A stretch of DNA of 63,542 bases, filler included, from Rhabdomonas costata (GCA_019059605.1; 55 parts of 55 records of this genome joined end to end with filler, not necessarily neighbours in it), one strand, 5' to 3'; numbered from the whole stretch's first letter, positions 46,491 through 60,979 are shown. Translations and numbers: made by a program. Notes: a model not told the origin generated them from the sequence alone.

Positions 46491-47761
46491 TCCAACTGTG
46501 CATGACCCCCATTGGGTGCCATCAGGCAAATGTTTACTTTTGGCTGTTCAACGTTGTTAAACGTTTAACACGAATTTTTTCTGTTTGGGGGAAGTTATAT
46601 TCCGGGCACGGGGGTTGGGTATAGTGTGCATATTGATGATGTTTTTGTTTTCCGAAAACGGGTTAGGTAAAAGGGGTTATGTGTTTCTCTGCCCAATAGA
46701 TGCCGAGTTTGAAGTTTTTGAACTGTTTAACACTGTTAAACGTTTAGCCCCCACTCCTCCAAAAATAGTGGCCGCTGAATTGGTACCGGACCCGTTTTAC
46801 GTTTTTAAATCTCTGTCGCAGTACACCTCTTGTGCGCTGAGTCGTGGGTTTGTTGCCAAGTACTGGGAAATCGAGGGCCCCACGTTTCGGTGAATACTCC
46901 TGGACTCCAGGATGGCACCCGTGGCCTATCAAACCCATACAAGGCGAGACATGATTTTTCTTCACAGTATTAGCACTCTGTTCGGGCACGGCGTGACTTT
47001 TTTTTTGCTCGTCATAAACCTCAGTGGGGATGACCAGGGCAAGGGGGGGATCTACACCCGCTTCGCCGGAACCTCTGCTAACCAAAACCCAAAGTATCTC
47101 TAGAAGTATCCATTACTCCACAAAAACTCGAAGAAAAAATGCGAGTTTTCAAAATTTTCGAAAACATCGAAACAGTCGAGTTTTTCTCGAAAATTCTCGA
47201 TTTTTGTGTGCTCACCTAGCTGGCGCTTAAGCGGCAAGTCAGTTGGCGCCTGAGTTGGACCCGTTGGGTCCGTTCCGCCCTCCTACCCCTCACTCCCGTC
47301 TCCACCCGCTTCCCTCTATATAATATAGGCTATATTTTTAATAGGNNNNNNNNNNNNNNNNNNNNNNNNNNNNNNNNNNNNNNNNNNNNTTAATTAATTA
47401 ANNNNNNNNNNNNNNNNNNNNNNNNNNNNNNNNNNNNNNNNNNNNTTTTTGTGATGACATGGTGTCACATTTCTCTCCTCGAAAATAATTATGTCCGAAT
47501 TGCGAAGAGAGGGACCCTTCAACTGAGGGGAACGGAAGGCTGGGGCACCAACTGGTACGCCACGCTACGAGACACAGAGCCCATGCTGACCTTCAGCATG
47601 GTAGAGCCGCAGCTTGGCAAGCCCGCAATGAGGGACCCAAGCAGGGGCCTTGTTCGGGGGTTACCCAGTGGAGGCCAGTAGGCGACGTTCCCCGATTGCC
47701 CTTGGTGGTCCGCATCCACACACCACACACACAGACACACCACACACACAGATACTGCGCA

Positions 47762-48195
47762 ACAAAGGCCCGGGACCCGTGGGGCTGAAGGGAGGTTACC
47801 AGATGTGGAACGTTCGGCGGTGAGGTGCTGGCACGGCGACGCTTGTAGATACCGGTGCAGCCCTTTCACCCATCCGAAGAAAAGCTCCAAGGGGCGTTCC
47901 CATGAGAAAAGGTTCCAGCCCCCCAAGGAAGGAGGGTTGAATCGCAATGACCTGAGCCGCAATGGAGCAATGTAGGTAGCCGCTGGAAAAGAGCAGCTGC
48001 GCGAAAAAAAACCCGGGACCCATGGGGCTGAAGGGAGGTTACCAGATGTGGAACGTTCGGTTGTGAGCCGGTTTCGGTTCCCCACGGCACCGTTCGCTTC
48101 AACGGCACCTCTCGCGAGCACCATTGGCCAACAGCGCGTGCGCCAGTCAGTCCACAGTGGTCACAAACAACCAAGCAACCAGGCAACCAGGCAAC
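47762..48195 (+). repeat. Dispersed repeat family B, copy 2, with partial tandem duplication and (CAACCAGG)n tail
   Basis: 47884-48153 is homologous to 19085-19338. The segment ggggctgaagggaggttaccagatgtggaacgttcgg occurs twice (about 47781 and 48024). The tail is caaccaagcaaccaggcaaccaggcaac. Confidence 0.8.
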
Positions 48196-49917
48196 AGCCA
48201 ATGCGCAATGCGCCCAACCCCCCCTCCTGGTACGCAACCCAGATCTTCCTCAGCGCAGTCGAGGCTATCCCACCAGATGGTGGCTGCGCCCTTTGACGTT
48301 GGCTGCTGCGCTGATGCAGGGGTGTGCAGGTTGCATTTTTGCAAATGGCCTGTTGAAGTGGTTGTGTTTTTTTGACACTGCAAAAGGCAGTTTTGCTTAA
48401 GTGCGTGTGTTCCGGGATGCAGGGATTCTAGTGTCAAACAAGCAAGCAGAAGGCAAGCAAGCAAACGCATCCATCAGTTTCTAAGTACACTACCTTCCCA
48501 CANNNNNNNNNNNNNNNNNNNNNNNNNNNNNNNNNNNNNNNNNNNNTTAATTAATTAANNNNNNNNNNNNNNNNNNNNNNNNNNNNNNNNNNNNNNNNNN
48601 NNTCTCTACTTCCGAAATAAAGGAGGCCGGGGAAGTCGCAGAGCTGTACGAGTGGCACGACTGCCGGGCAGCCGCCGTTGGGATGAGTGCAGTGGGCATC
48701 CCAACCGAAAGGGCACCGAAACTATGCGACTTCCCCGGCCCCCTTTATTTCGGAAGTAGAGACCAGAAACAACAAAGCAGCGCCAGCACTGCTCGCAGCA
48801 CAAAAATGCAACGTCTGCGCGCCCTCCACGGCTAGGACTCCGCAAAGCGAGCCAACCGCGATTGAGGCACGTGCAGGAAAAAGTCATGTTGGAGCAAAGG
48901 AACCCTGAGCCCCCAAAACACGCCTAAAAAGAAAGGCAGGCAACGGCACAGTGCTGCAGTACAAGAAAAAAGAGAAGAGAAGTCACAAAACTATTTCTCG
49001 TGGTGATGGCAAAATAGCGATCACGACAAAGAATACAAAATCTGATGCACAAGGTGGGCAGGAAGCATTGGGAGGGGATCCTACCCACTCACTCCCCCAG
49101 CAGTGTGCCGACTCTCTTCCGATACTGTGTGTGACACTGGAGAGCTCAGTACTAAGGCACTCCACTGCTGATAAAGCGACAGCCCTCGTGTGTCTGGGAA
49201 AGGCACAGAGGAGAGGCACGAGGGGATGGGGAACAGGGCTGCTCACACCCTCCCGCTGCAAAACACAACCCGTGAAATGGAAAGATCGAAGAGAAAACGA
49301 TAAGGGGAAATCATCACAAAGACGCTGGGAATAAGTTGGCAGCGGCCAACCACAGGTCAGCTCAGCAATGCAAAGCCCTCCGAAAAAGCCGTGCCCGCCC
49401 CGTATGCAGTCCGTCCCTCGCAATCAAAAGAACAAGCAACACTCAAACACCCGCACGTCAAAAAGAAACGGAAGAAAGGACCAGCGGGGCCACGCCCGGG
49501 CTGCATCCTAGCTCGATGCAAACACACAGAGCTCAGTGCATATATCAAATGGAATCCATCCAAGCAGTGCAGTGGCGCATTGCCCTGCACATGCTCACTC
49601 GAATGCAGCAATGCAGGAGCCGCGGGGCCATGCCCGGGCTGGCTCCCACACCCCCAACNNNNNNNNNNNNNNNNNNNNNNNNNNNNNNNNNNNNNNNNNN
49701 NNTTAATTAATTAANNNNNNNNNNNNNNNNNNNNNNNNNNNNNNNNNNNNNNNNNNNNGGTGTGGGGGGTAAAGAAGAACTCCAGCTGTTCAAAAATTTT
49801 GGCTGGGAGGATACTGTTTCTGCTTTTCCTGTAAATTTGTGAACACTGCTGACGACATCAAAACCATGACACTTTTCCGGAGCCTTTTCAAAACGCACAC
49901 GGGTGGAGGGTCGAGAC

Positions 49918-50088
49918 CTCCAGTTGGAGCTGCAGCTGGCCCTGCAGCTCCCGCAGCGCGTTCTCGAGGTGCCCGTTCTGCGTCCGCTCCGCGTCCAGCT
50001 GCCCCCGCACGGAGTGCTCGGATCGCAGCAGCTCGGCCTGGTGCACCAGGGCCTCCTCCAGAGTTGCGTGCAACTCAGCCAGCTCCTC
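49918..50088 (-). CDS. Coiled-coil protein exon
   Basis: 171-nt TAG/GT-bounded phase-0 exon EELAELHATLEEAL...LENALRELQGQLQLQLE, GC3-rich. Confidence 0.7.
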
Positions 50089-53000
50089 CTAACGTGGGCC
50101 CGTACAATAGCATTTGCAAGCCAAGAGGATTCTGCTCGCAGTTTCTGAGCTTCTTGAATGTTTATGGGCTGACTGGAAACCCCGAACGAGACGAACGAGT
50201 CCATTTCTTGGGAAAACTCAAGCGGTAAAAAAAGCGGTAAACTAACCATTCTCTGACGCGACCTCAGACAAATTTCTGCGATTTTTTCGCGTGTTGTTCA
50301 GTTTTATTTTTCAATGATCAGATGTTCTTTCAGTGGTGGTGAGTGAAGAGGCACCCTTGCGGATGGGAATTGTCGGCCGACGACCCGCTTGAGGCCGCCC
50401 CTCACGACCAGAAGGCCAGAGAGGGCATCCTGACGCGTTATCAGGCGATGCGCACTTGGATGCATACTGGCTTCATTAAAATGGGTGGACAAACAATATG
50501 ACCCAGCCAGAATTCACGCAACTTCGGGAGTCGCGGGTGCGCTGACCCCTCCGTCATGAAAGAGTGCTATCGTGATGCCAAAGGCTACAAAATGTGACAG
50601 CAAGCCAGATGGCCGGACCCTGAAATATTTTCCTTTGTTTACAATTCTTTGTTCACCGTTTTTTTTCATACATTTTCTCTCTTTCGTTTAAAAAACCGGA
50701 ACTCCATTTAAAAAAAAATTCGTACAACTTTTACAGCTTGTAAATAAAAAGGAATTGCGGCAAACTGCCAACTACCCGGACCCGGACCAACCCCCCCCAA
50801 ACACACACCCACACCNNNNNNNNNNNNNNNNNNNNNNNNNNNNNNNNNNNNNNNNNNNNTTAATTAATTAANNNNNNNNNNNNNNNNNNNNNNNNNNNNN
50901 NNNNNNNNNNNNNNNGGGGGGGTTGTCCATTTTCATCACGATTGATGTTTTCTTTTTTTTGAGTTCGGCAACAAACAAATCGACTCAAGAGCTCACAGCA
51001 TCCCCGAAAATGTTCAGAATTTTTCAAACCGATAAATGAAAGGCATCACAGAACTGTGGCACAGGCGCAGGTTTTGGTGAAGAGGCCCAGAAACAACGCC
51101 AGTGACAAACAATTAATAACAAGAAGGAACGCGAGAGAGATCTGCAGGGGAACTTAGCAGGGGAAAACTTAGCACAAAAGAAACAAAGACCAAAACACAC
51201 AACACATGGTGAAGTGTGGAGTTGGTTCCTCCAGGTTGGAATTCGGGAACACCCTGTTGTTCAAAAGGTGAATGCTGAAGGAGCTTTGCCGCTAAGTGCT
51301 CGAGATTTGTGGAAATTTCCATCAAATAACACGGCTTTTATGGACAAGGGCCCATTCTTTCTGCTTCAGCCGTAGCCACTTTTCACTCTTTCCCCTTTTG
51401 CTGCTAAACTATCTGCGTGCCTGCGCTGCGGATGAAGCCTTTCTTCCTTTTTTTTGTGTCGTTCTGCATAACGGGAATTCTTTGCTCTGGTCCTGCCACG
51501 TACACCATCAAGGACATCTACATCCCAGGGCATCCTTTGCCCCCACCATCCCTTTGTAACACTTTGTGCTTTCCACTGGCTATGATGAAACGAGGAATTT
51601 TCAGCTCGTGTTGAGCAGCGAGGCTATTGAAAACTCTCCTGTGTCCGGGACTCTTAGGATGGAAACCGAAGCGTTTCGGCTTGAGCCCCCGTAGAAGAGC
51701 TGGAACACCAAAAGTACAACTGCGATTGTTGGAGGCGCGATTTAAGCGAAAATACACAGATCGCACTGCGTCAGACATGGGGCGACCTCTGTGTGAAGAA
51801 GAGGGGAGGAAGTAATGAAGATGAATGCACGTGCTGTGTGTTGACATTGGGGCATTGGGACATTGGGGCGACTGGGGAAGGCGCACCCCGTCGAGTTCAT
51901 CAGTTAGCTCAGTGGTCTCTTCCCTTCCGGCGCCCACGTCTATGTTGTGTTATTGGGTGCGGAAAAACACCCNNNNNNNNNNNNNNNNNNNNNNNNNNNN
52001 NNNNNNNNNNNNNNNNTTAATTAATTAANNNNNNNNNNNNNNNNNNNNNNNNNNNNNNNNNNNNNNNNNNNNGCCTTATGGGCGGTGCTGGGATGGATCA
52101 AAACTTCGCAAACCCGCCAGCGTGAATGTCAGGGGGGAGGGTCAGTCTGCCATTTAGGAGTTACGGCTGCTGCCTGAGCTTCTGAGCTTCTGATGGAGCG
52201 CCAGCTCTTTTCATATCGCCGGTGCTGTCAGTGAGTGGTCCAGTTCCTATGTTGGCAGGATTCCAGAAACACACAGTACCGGTCGGCTTTCTTGCACATG
52301 CCGGGGGACGTTCCACGTTTGTCGAACGTTGCCGAGTGATGATGACAGATGGTAGTGGTGGTGCCTGCAGTTCTGCTTGGAAAGGGGTCGGCTCGTGAGC
52401 ACTTAAGCTTTCGAGCGCACGCATTGCGCCACAAATGCAAGACGGTCAGTCTTGCTTTCACTACCGCGGAGAGGCAAAACGTGTTTCAAAGATCTGGCGA
52501 AACCTCCCAATGGTGACAAATCATTCTCATCGCTTCCGCTTGCGTGTATGTGTGATGACAGCCGCGAGTTGTCGCGAGAGTGCTGCGGAGATGGTGAAGG
52601 GCATTGCCTCGTGGCTGCAGAGTGCCACTGGCCTCGCGGAAGAGGACAAGGTTCACCACTGCACTCACTGACGCGCTCACATGCACACACGGCACGTTTC
52701 ACTTCAAAAATAAGAAATCGTTGAAACTAAAATGCTGAATAATTGGGATTTTGTAATTCTCTGGAAGCCTCGGCCCCGGTGAAGTATAGGGGGGAGTCCT
52801 TTTTACATATAATGTCGTTACCCGGAATTTGTGTGGCGTATAACGGCATTATACTTGTCCAATAAAATTATGTTGCTGTCTTCCCCTGGTTTTTCCGGGA
52901 TGCGCTCCGCGCCCCAAGATCCTAGGCGAAACACGTGCCCACAGAATCAGATTATTTGGTCTCGCAGGGGGTTAGGTAGCCCTGACCTGAACTGACCTTC

Positions 53001-54464
53001 ACCTTTCGGCATACGCACCACACCAGCATACGCTCAGTGCAGAAGGCACGTGACCTCCCGAGGACATCCGCTACCACACCGTGCACTCAAAACACGTATA
53101 GTGCACTTGGCAAGGGTCCATTATTTCTTNNNNNNNNNNNNNNNNNNNNNNNNNNNNNNNNNNNNNNNNNNNNTTAATTAATTAANNNNNNNNNNNNNNN
53201 NNNNNNNNNNNNNNNNNNNNNNNNNNNNNGTGTGTGAAAGTCACATATCTCAGAGATACTGCGTCTTTGCTGTTTGCGAATAGGCCGCGCTTCTCAGCAC
53301 AGCCTATTCGCAAACAGCGAAGACGCAGTGTCTCTGAGATATGTGACTTTCACATTAACGGGCAAAATGCAGCAGCGACTTCAGCGTGACTCTGCAAGAG
53401 TGCTAAATGAAAAGGAGTTACACTGCTGCGCTTCGGATTTGGAGGTGCTACAGGACGGGCAGGTGTTGCATCAAAACCGCACGATGAAGCACAATCCTTG
53501 GCCAGAACACTGACAGACAGTCCCGCTCCTCTCAGACGAAACTAAAAAAATCTGTCCGCTAGACAGTGCGTGGAGGTGAGAGGTGGGGACAATGAACACG
53601 GAGGAAGGGGGAAAGGGCACATCGGGAGAGGGTTGGTGGGAGGTAGATGATCTAGGGAGACGGAATAGAGCGGTGTGAAGTGCAGAGAAAAACAATAAGA
53701 GATAAAAGCTGGAAAAGACGTGCACTAGTGTGCAAGAAAAGACGGAGGTTGTCGGTCAGAAGTGACTCTACTTCCCAATGGAGAGCGGAAGGGAGTAGCG
53801 GAGGGGTGTGATTGGAAACATTTGGTTTCTTTTTTGCTTTCCTGGTTGTTTTTCCTCTTCAGAAAATTCAGCTTTCCACAGGGGTGGGCAGTGAAGCCAT
53901 GCGTGAGTAAAAGGAAAAGAGTTGGGGTGGGATTTGAGAGAGAATGCGCGAGAGGGGCGGAGTGGGAGGGGAGCAGAGGAGAAGGAGAAGGAGGGGAGGA
54001 GAGAAGTAGAAGCACGAGAGGCCTGAGAACCAGAAGGAGCCAATGGATGGGTCCGGAATGGGTTCAGAGGGGACTTGCAGGGACAAACACACGTTGGGAA
54101 GGAAACGAGGAGGGGAGGGAGCTTGCAGCTCAAGACATAGGGGTGGCGAGTATGTGTGTGTGGTCTGACTACACAACGAAAAAAGCACTTGGTGTGTTAG
54201 TGGTGACTGGGAAGAGAGGGGAACATACCACAAGAAGGCATACCGCTCAAAGACGATGTCCATGTACCCGCACTTACACCAAAAAANNNNNNNNNNNNNN
54301 NNNNNNNNNNNNNNNNNNNNNNNNNNNNNNTTAATTAATTAANNNNNNNNNNNNNNNNNNNNNNNNNNNNNNNNNNNNNNNNNNNNTGGTGGAAAACGGG
54401 GACTCTTTGGTCTCTAACCTCTTTTCACATCCCCACGCTGAAACCCTGCATTTCTCACCCTCAG

Positions 54465-54540
54465 AGTCCCCGTTTTTCACAAAGTTAGACATCGACATCG
54501 CCAACTGCTTTTTTCAGTTGAATTACCCAACAGATTGGTG
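54465..54540 (+). pseudogene. Possible reverse-transcriptase motif-A remnant (DIRS-like)
   Basis: FFTKLDIDIANCFFQLNYPTDW resembles F.KLD..N.F..I.LP..W. No YxDD motif was found downstream. Confidence 0.3.
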
Positions 54541-57500
54541 TCAGTTCTCGCTGCAAAACCCTTCCGGCACACTTTCACCAGCCGTTTTCATTTTGTCTCG
54601 TACTGGAGACCACCACGATCCTTATTTCCTGACATTTTGCACATACACACACACACTACACCGTGTATCTTCTCCAAGGGGTGATCCCGACAATTTCACG
54701 CACCCAAATTTCTCCCTTGGCAGTTCAACCTACACCACAAACTTAAACATCTCCCTCCTCGTCTCGCCTTTCCTCCTTTCTTGGTGGACGCTGCACTAGA
54801 GCCCCCGTTTCCGCGTCGGTACCAACCAATCTTCTTTTGCGCACTTCCAATCGTGCACCTTCCTGAAATCTCACACAAAACCGAGCCGAACTTTACTCAA
54901 TCTTTCACTCCTCACGGCCGGCTGGAGTGCAATTATTCAACCGCGTATGCATCATCCACATCCCCTTTCAGTGGCAAACATACTTAGCGGCTTTCTACCT
55001 GCACAACTATACTCTTATCTGCAATTACCGCCGGTGCTTTTGATCTCGAACCGCTGCGCCCGTAGGCCTCCATAGCGCTTTCCATTATGGCTTTGACCGC
55101 TTTGATTTGGACGGCGCGCAATCTTGAGAGCGATAACGGTCGACATGAGGACCAGGCAGGACATAATCGGACATAAACAGAAAAAACTGCATGCCCTTTT
55201 GCCTTAAAAGAAACGCGACCATTCAGAAAGCACAGAATTCGAGGAAAGACGGGGAAAAAAGGTTAACAAGAAACCGTCCACAGCACGGCGCCAGGATGAA
55301 GCTTTGCCTAAAGGATTTGTCGATTTGGGAAAGTTTGGGAAAGTGCTTCGAGATGGATAGTTCCCAGGTTTTCATCCCACGGCCTTCCAATTTGGTTTGG
55401 GGGTCTGTCGTCTGCACGTCCTAACCTCATTTGATAACCACACNNNNNNNNNNNNNNNNNNNNNNNNNNNNNNNNNNNNNNNNNNNNTTAATTAATTAAN
55501 NNNNNNNNNNNNNNNNNNNNNNNNNNNNNNNNNNNNNNNNNNNGTGTTGGTGTGTTTGGGGGGTGGTTTCCTTATTATCGTAGAATCGTAGTAAGGCTTT
55601 CATCCAGGGTGCCGTGGTAGAGTTGCACACCAAAATGGCCGAATTTCACTTGTTTTTTTTTCTTGTTGAATTGATGTATGACTGTTTCCCTTGGAGGCCT
55701 GGTCCATGTGATCCGTGTGGTCTCTGGCAGGTATGGCCACAATTTCAGGAATGCCTCTGTCTCCCGCTATTGATGGGTCGCTTTCGCCGGCTTCGACTTC
55801 CCCATCCAGCCCAAGCTGCAGGCACCACGATGGGTATGTCTCCTAGATTTCTTTTATTTGCAAGGGGTCACCCGTCTCCGACCCCAAGATAGTTCCACCC
55901 CAAAACCCAGAGTTAAGCGTTGGACCAATTTAACCTCCTTAGACCTTATATAGTTGTGATCGTCATCAGCAGACTGATTATACGGCCGCGCGATTTTTGC
56001 CGGCCATTTTCATTTGCAGCAAAGTAATCAACGAGCGTTTTTGGTGGTTCTACGCGAGCCTTTTTTTTTCGCGAATTTTGTGGAAAGCCCCCATTGACAT
56101 CATGAAGCTTGTACATATGGGTTGATTTCTTCAGTTCTTCATTCAGCCCCAAAACATTAGAAAAGCCAAGACTTCCCTGAAAAGGTCAATTGTACCAAAC
56201 GGGCCGATACCTGACCCGCAAGAAGTGAAGGGCGAAAGGCAGGGCTGAATCGAAGTCAAACCACAGATATGTCAGTCCGAAGTGAGGCAAGGCACGCTCC
56301 GCGACGGCCGATAGTTAAAATGAGTCCCCATTCATTCTCAATGTTGTGTCCATCCTTTTCACTTTTTCAGTCGAGAGTCTGCTACCAATGGAATCTAGCA
56401 CTGTCACAACTCTGCGCTCGCCCACTTAGGGAGGTCCTGCAATTGAGGATTTCGGTCAAGAAAGTCATACTGCCGCGAGAGAATGTGCTGTGGTGGCGAC
56501 AACACGTCCTGAAGTCAACGTCGCCCCTACTATTAAGGAACACTTGTAGTTAGATTTTAATTTTGTCCACATGGCAACATCCCTTTCAGACCACAAACAC
56601 NNNNNNNNNNNNNNNNNNNNNNNNNNNNNNNNNNNNNNNNNNNNTTAATTAATTAANNNNNNNNNNNNNNNNNNNNNNNNNNNNNNNNNNNNNNNNNNNN
56701 TGTGGGTTTTCAGGAGCCAATCCCTCTTTGCTTGATATATGCTCTCCGATTTACGGAAAGCCCATACACCTGAAAGGGGTCTTCTTTCTTCTTTCTTCTC
56801 TGTGGAAGAACAGACTTTCGGAATTTCACAGAGTAATTAGAAATTATTTGCTTCATGGATGGTTGGGAAAGAGAGGCACGGTGCTCGCCATTGAACGCGC
56901 TGTTGCACCAGATTATGGGACCCAAGGGGGAAAATGTTTCACCCTTCGGCTGGTTTGTGCTGGTGCATCTGCGCTTCTGTTGCGCTTCTAGTATGACTGA
57001 TCTGAAGCGAAGCGGTGGGCTGGGTGGAACGTTTTTGGCCCTCCTCGACAACGTTGCCTGGCCCGCCATCACCACGGTTGCGGGAATGGGCGAATCTTGT
57101 CCACTAACGCTATGTGACTCCTTCTAGAGCCATCTATCTGCATTCAGCGCAGTCCACACCATCCTGCTCGCTTTCTCTCGCTTTTTTTCCAACAACTCTA
57201 CCCATTCCCCCACCCTAACTTTAGCGTGGATGACTATGTGGACCTCTTCCTTGAGCCCTTCCAGGCCTTCCGGGAGCTCATTCTGTGGTTCCGGCCGGGC
57301 CGGACATTGCTGTCCTTTGCGGTGCGGTGCCCCTTTTGACTTGCATGGCACCCTAACTGCCCCCGTTTTCTGTTACCATTATGCTGTGTGCCACGTGGAG
57401 GCACTATTTGTGGGGAACCACAGAGCAGCCAACCTCTCGGGGGGGTTTGTGTGTTTTGGTATGGACTGAGTTGAATTGCGGATGTATTCGGTTCTGCGCT

Positions 57501-58485
57501 CAGTAAGAGGACTGCGTAGGCATGGGTCATTTGAGATGCGGAACAGTCATAGGCCCCAGGCAGCCTCAAATTTGTGCGCTGAAATATGCATTCCCCACCT
57601 CAAAAACGGTCAGCCTCCGCAAAATGACCAATTTAGTTACTCATTTGAGGTGGGTTGTGGTTGTTTCCTCTGGTGATTTCTAGCGAAACGTAACGATCTC
57701 AGCAACGTGGTGGCGGTGGTAGGTTTGTGTCACCCCCCCACCACACACACCCAACACNNNNNNNNNNNNNNNNNNNNNNNNNNNNNNNNNNNNNNNNNNN
57801 NTTAATTAATTAANNNNNNNNNNNNNNNNNNNNNNNNNNNNNNNNNNNNNNNNNNNNTGTGTTGGGTGTGGGTGGTGGGTTGTGTTCTGTCAATGTTAAG
57901 GGAGTGCAGTGAGTGGGTGTTCTGCTCGAGTTTTCCGGCCTTTTCCCCTGAACTTGGTGCGAACGAACATTTTGCAGCAGGGATTTATCGCCCTGGCGGA
58001 TGGGGTTCACATCAATTTTTTTCGTTTGGCTCTGAATGTTTGCAGCGTTCTTTGGGAAAGGCGTGGACGGCTTTTTGGTCAGACCTACTGCAGCCGCATC
58101 TGCAGTTTCTCGTTTTTGTTTTCTTGGGAACAACGTGGACATCTGAATGAGTGCCGCGGAAGATTGGACGCCCCTGCGGCATGCCGTGCGCCCTTGCTCT
58201 TCTTATCGTCTGATCTTTTCCTGATCCTGTTTTGCATCTACCTATTCCAATTAATTTGTGTTATCAGACATATACTTCCTGGGGTGATGTATAATTTTCA
58301 CTGCTGTACCTGCAGAAATGATTTGCATATTTCTGAATTACGCATCTTCTAGTACCGGAGAGCTAGCCCCAACATATAACATACCTTGCATTGGCATGCG
58401 AAACGAAAGATTGCTTTCCTACACGCTCCATAATCTCTCCTGTGTTTCGTATCGCTTCGTTTAACGCTCTCCGCTCGCTTTACAG

Positions 58486-58556
58486 GCTGTACTGTGCAGA
58501 GTCTGAGCAGAGCCACTTTTCTCTTCCATTGGAACGGTTCTGCGAGTCACTGATAG
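58486..58556 (+). CDS. Short exon, possibly DENN-domain protein
   Basis: AG/GT-bounded LYCAESEQSHFSLPLERFCESLI resembles the DENN LY.......PLE.YI.NL motif. Confidence 0.3.
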
Positions 58557-60846
58557 GTGAGAGTTTCCCTCGGCTTTCCGGGATCCGGTCTGCGCAACCG
58601 TTCCAGGAGTCTCTCGTGGTTTGTGTTTCGGCAAGGGGTGTGGCTGCTGCGGTGGCCGCCCGTTATCCTACTTTAAGTTTCGTGGTGTGCTGCACGGACG
58701 AAGCTGAGTCTCGTAAACCCGAGCGGAGACTGACTTCTGAAAAATGGGATGGCGCTGTTGCAGAGTTCATGCGTGCCCGGCAGCAGACGCAGACGCAGAC
58801 GCAGCTACCGCTTTCAGGCTCCTCCAGCGAGAACCTTCTCACACTTCCATGTCACTTGGACCTTAAGGTTTGCTTCAGATCCAGTGCCCCACAACATGTA
58901 GGATGTTATAAAGGNNNNNNNNNNNNNNNNNNNNNNNNNNNNNNNNNNNNNNNNNNNNTTAATTAATTAANNNNNNNNNNNNNNNNNNNNNNNNNNNNNN
59001 NNNNNNNNNNNNNNGTTTGGTAGGTCAAGATGAAAGAAAATGAGAAGTCACACTAGGGGTTGGTTGCGGATCGGTTGGTCAAGGAAGGCTAGTAACACCA
59101 GGTCTGTGATGCAATGTGGGAAGCCATGTCGCAGTGAGACAAGAGGCCGGCAACCAGTGCTAAGGTGATGCACTGGAGTACAACTGGATTACAACCGGAC
59201 CGATTTGAACGGCTCTTTAGTTCATCAGCTGCCATCCAGCATGATTACCATATAATCGATGAGAAAGTCCATTAATGGCAGCTCACATTCACTGAGGTCA
59301 TAACATTGTACAGCCATGGTGTGCGCATCAGGCGGCATTCTTACACTCTGAATAAGGGAAGTGGTACGACCTTCAATCCTGGTCCAAGGAGAAGAGTACC
59401 TTAGTATATCTTCCAAAATATGCTGTCTCGCCATCTGCAGATGATTTTGATCTTGATCTGAAAGTGGCAGATCAAGCACCCGATGCGGCAGTGACAACTA
59501 TGAAGAACAGGAATGACAAAATCTTCGTTCAAAAGGCAACCTACTCAGCACGTCAGAAATACTTGAAGGCGTGCTGAATTGCTCAGCTGGACAGGAACAA
59601 GATGTACGGCAGTGCGACAACGAGATCGACCGGAGAGAGAACTGGAGCTACAATAACTAGCAAAGCACTCGTGGGTAGCGGGGTATTACCTACCTGCGCC
59701 GGTTCGCGTCCTCACAAGCTTTGAAAAAAGAACAACCACAAGGCAAGACAAGCATGGAAACAATATGCTTTGTCCGTCACAACCATCACCACCAGAGGGG
59801 CAAGCGTGGCGCGACCACCCATCACTGGAGATTTGACCTCTTCCCTGGGAACAAATTGACAAACCAGCCAACACCAACGACCACCACCACACCACTGAAA
59901 TCTGCAGGGAACCGCTCTTGACGGCTCACACATGAAAACGTTTGCCACAGAGGAATCAACATCCAAAGCGCGCCGGCATCAACACGTGTCACCGCAACTA
60001 CGCGGACTCCGTGCGCCGTCGTCCTTCCGCACACAAACACACACACACACACCCCCAAACACACCGAACACNNNNNNNNNNNNNNNNNNNNNNNNNNNNN
60101 NNNNNNNNNNNNNNNTTAATTAATTAANNNNNNNNNNNNNNNNNNNNNNNNNNNNNNNNNNNNNNNNNNNNTGTGGTGGGTGTGGTTGGGGGGGTTGGGG
60201 TGTGGCAATGAAGGCACAATGTCGGGGAAGGTTACCGCACATGCACACAACAGGGAGGATTGAAATCAGTGTAGTGGAGAAGCGTTGCTCCGAGCCCATC
60301 TTCCGTGGCTGACCCCTCCTTTACACCACCTGTTTGGTAAACTCACCCTTCTTGTTGTGGTTTTTGGCCCTAACCTTAATGTTAATAAATGAGAATGAAA
60401 AAACAAGAATGTTTTTGATATTGCACATTTCGCGCACTTTTTCCGTGGTGCTTTTCGTATTGTCGCTGACTCACCAACATCCTGGACTCAAGTGTAATGT
60501 GCATCCAGTAGAATCTTTTATTCTCACGTTTTTTTCGAACCTGGTTTCTCCGTTCTGCTCCCCAGCCCGTTTTCACTCACCTCCCCTACTCTTCATCCCC
60601 GTTCATCCCCCTTCATTACTCTGTTTACAACCACACCACATGCCTTTTTCTTTGTGCTACATGGTTCTGCTGATTAGTGCCACATGAGACTCCGTACGGT
60701 AGTGAAACCCCTGCCTCTCAACAACAACCTCAGCAATGGAGAGCGCGCTGGAATTCCGAAACCACGAGTTGGACGCCACAAAAAAATCCCGAAGAAGCAG
60801 CTGAGGGGAGGAAGCGGGCAGGGAAAAAGGAGGGCGGCACGACAAC

Positions 60847-60979
60847 CTTCATGACGTACTTTCCCTGCATCACCTGCCGGCGCACGCTCGTCATGTTGCG
60901 GCCCCGGTCGTAGAACGGCAGCGTGCCAGAGGCCATCGCAAAGAGAATGACCCCACAGCTCCACATGTCGGCCTTGAAC
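60847..60979 (-). CDS. CAMK-group (SNF1/CIPK-like) kinase exon, subdomains IX-X
   Basis: FKADMWSCGVILFAMASGTLPF with TAG/GT boundaries. Confidence 0.9.

Noticed and set aside
55030-55080. tRNA-like GGCGCAGCGGTTCGA on the minus strand
   Set aside because: No cloverleaf and no A-box/B-box spacing can be built.
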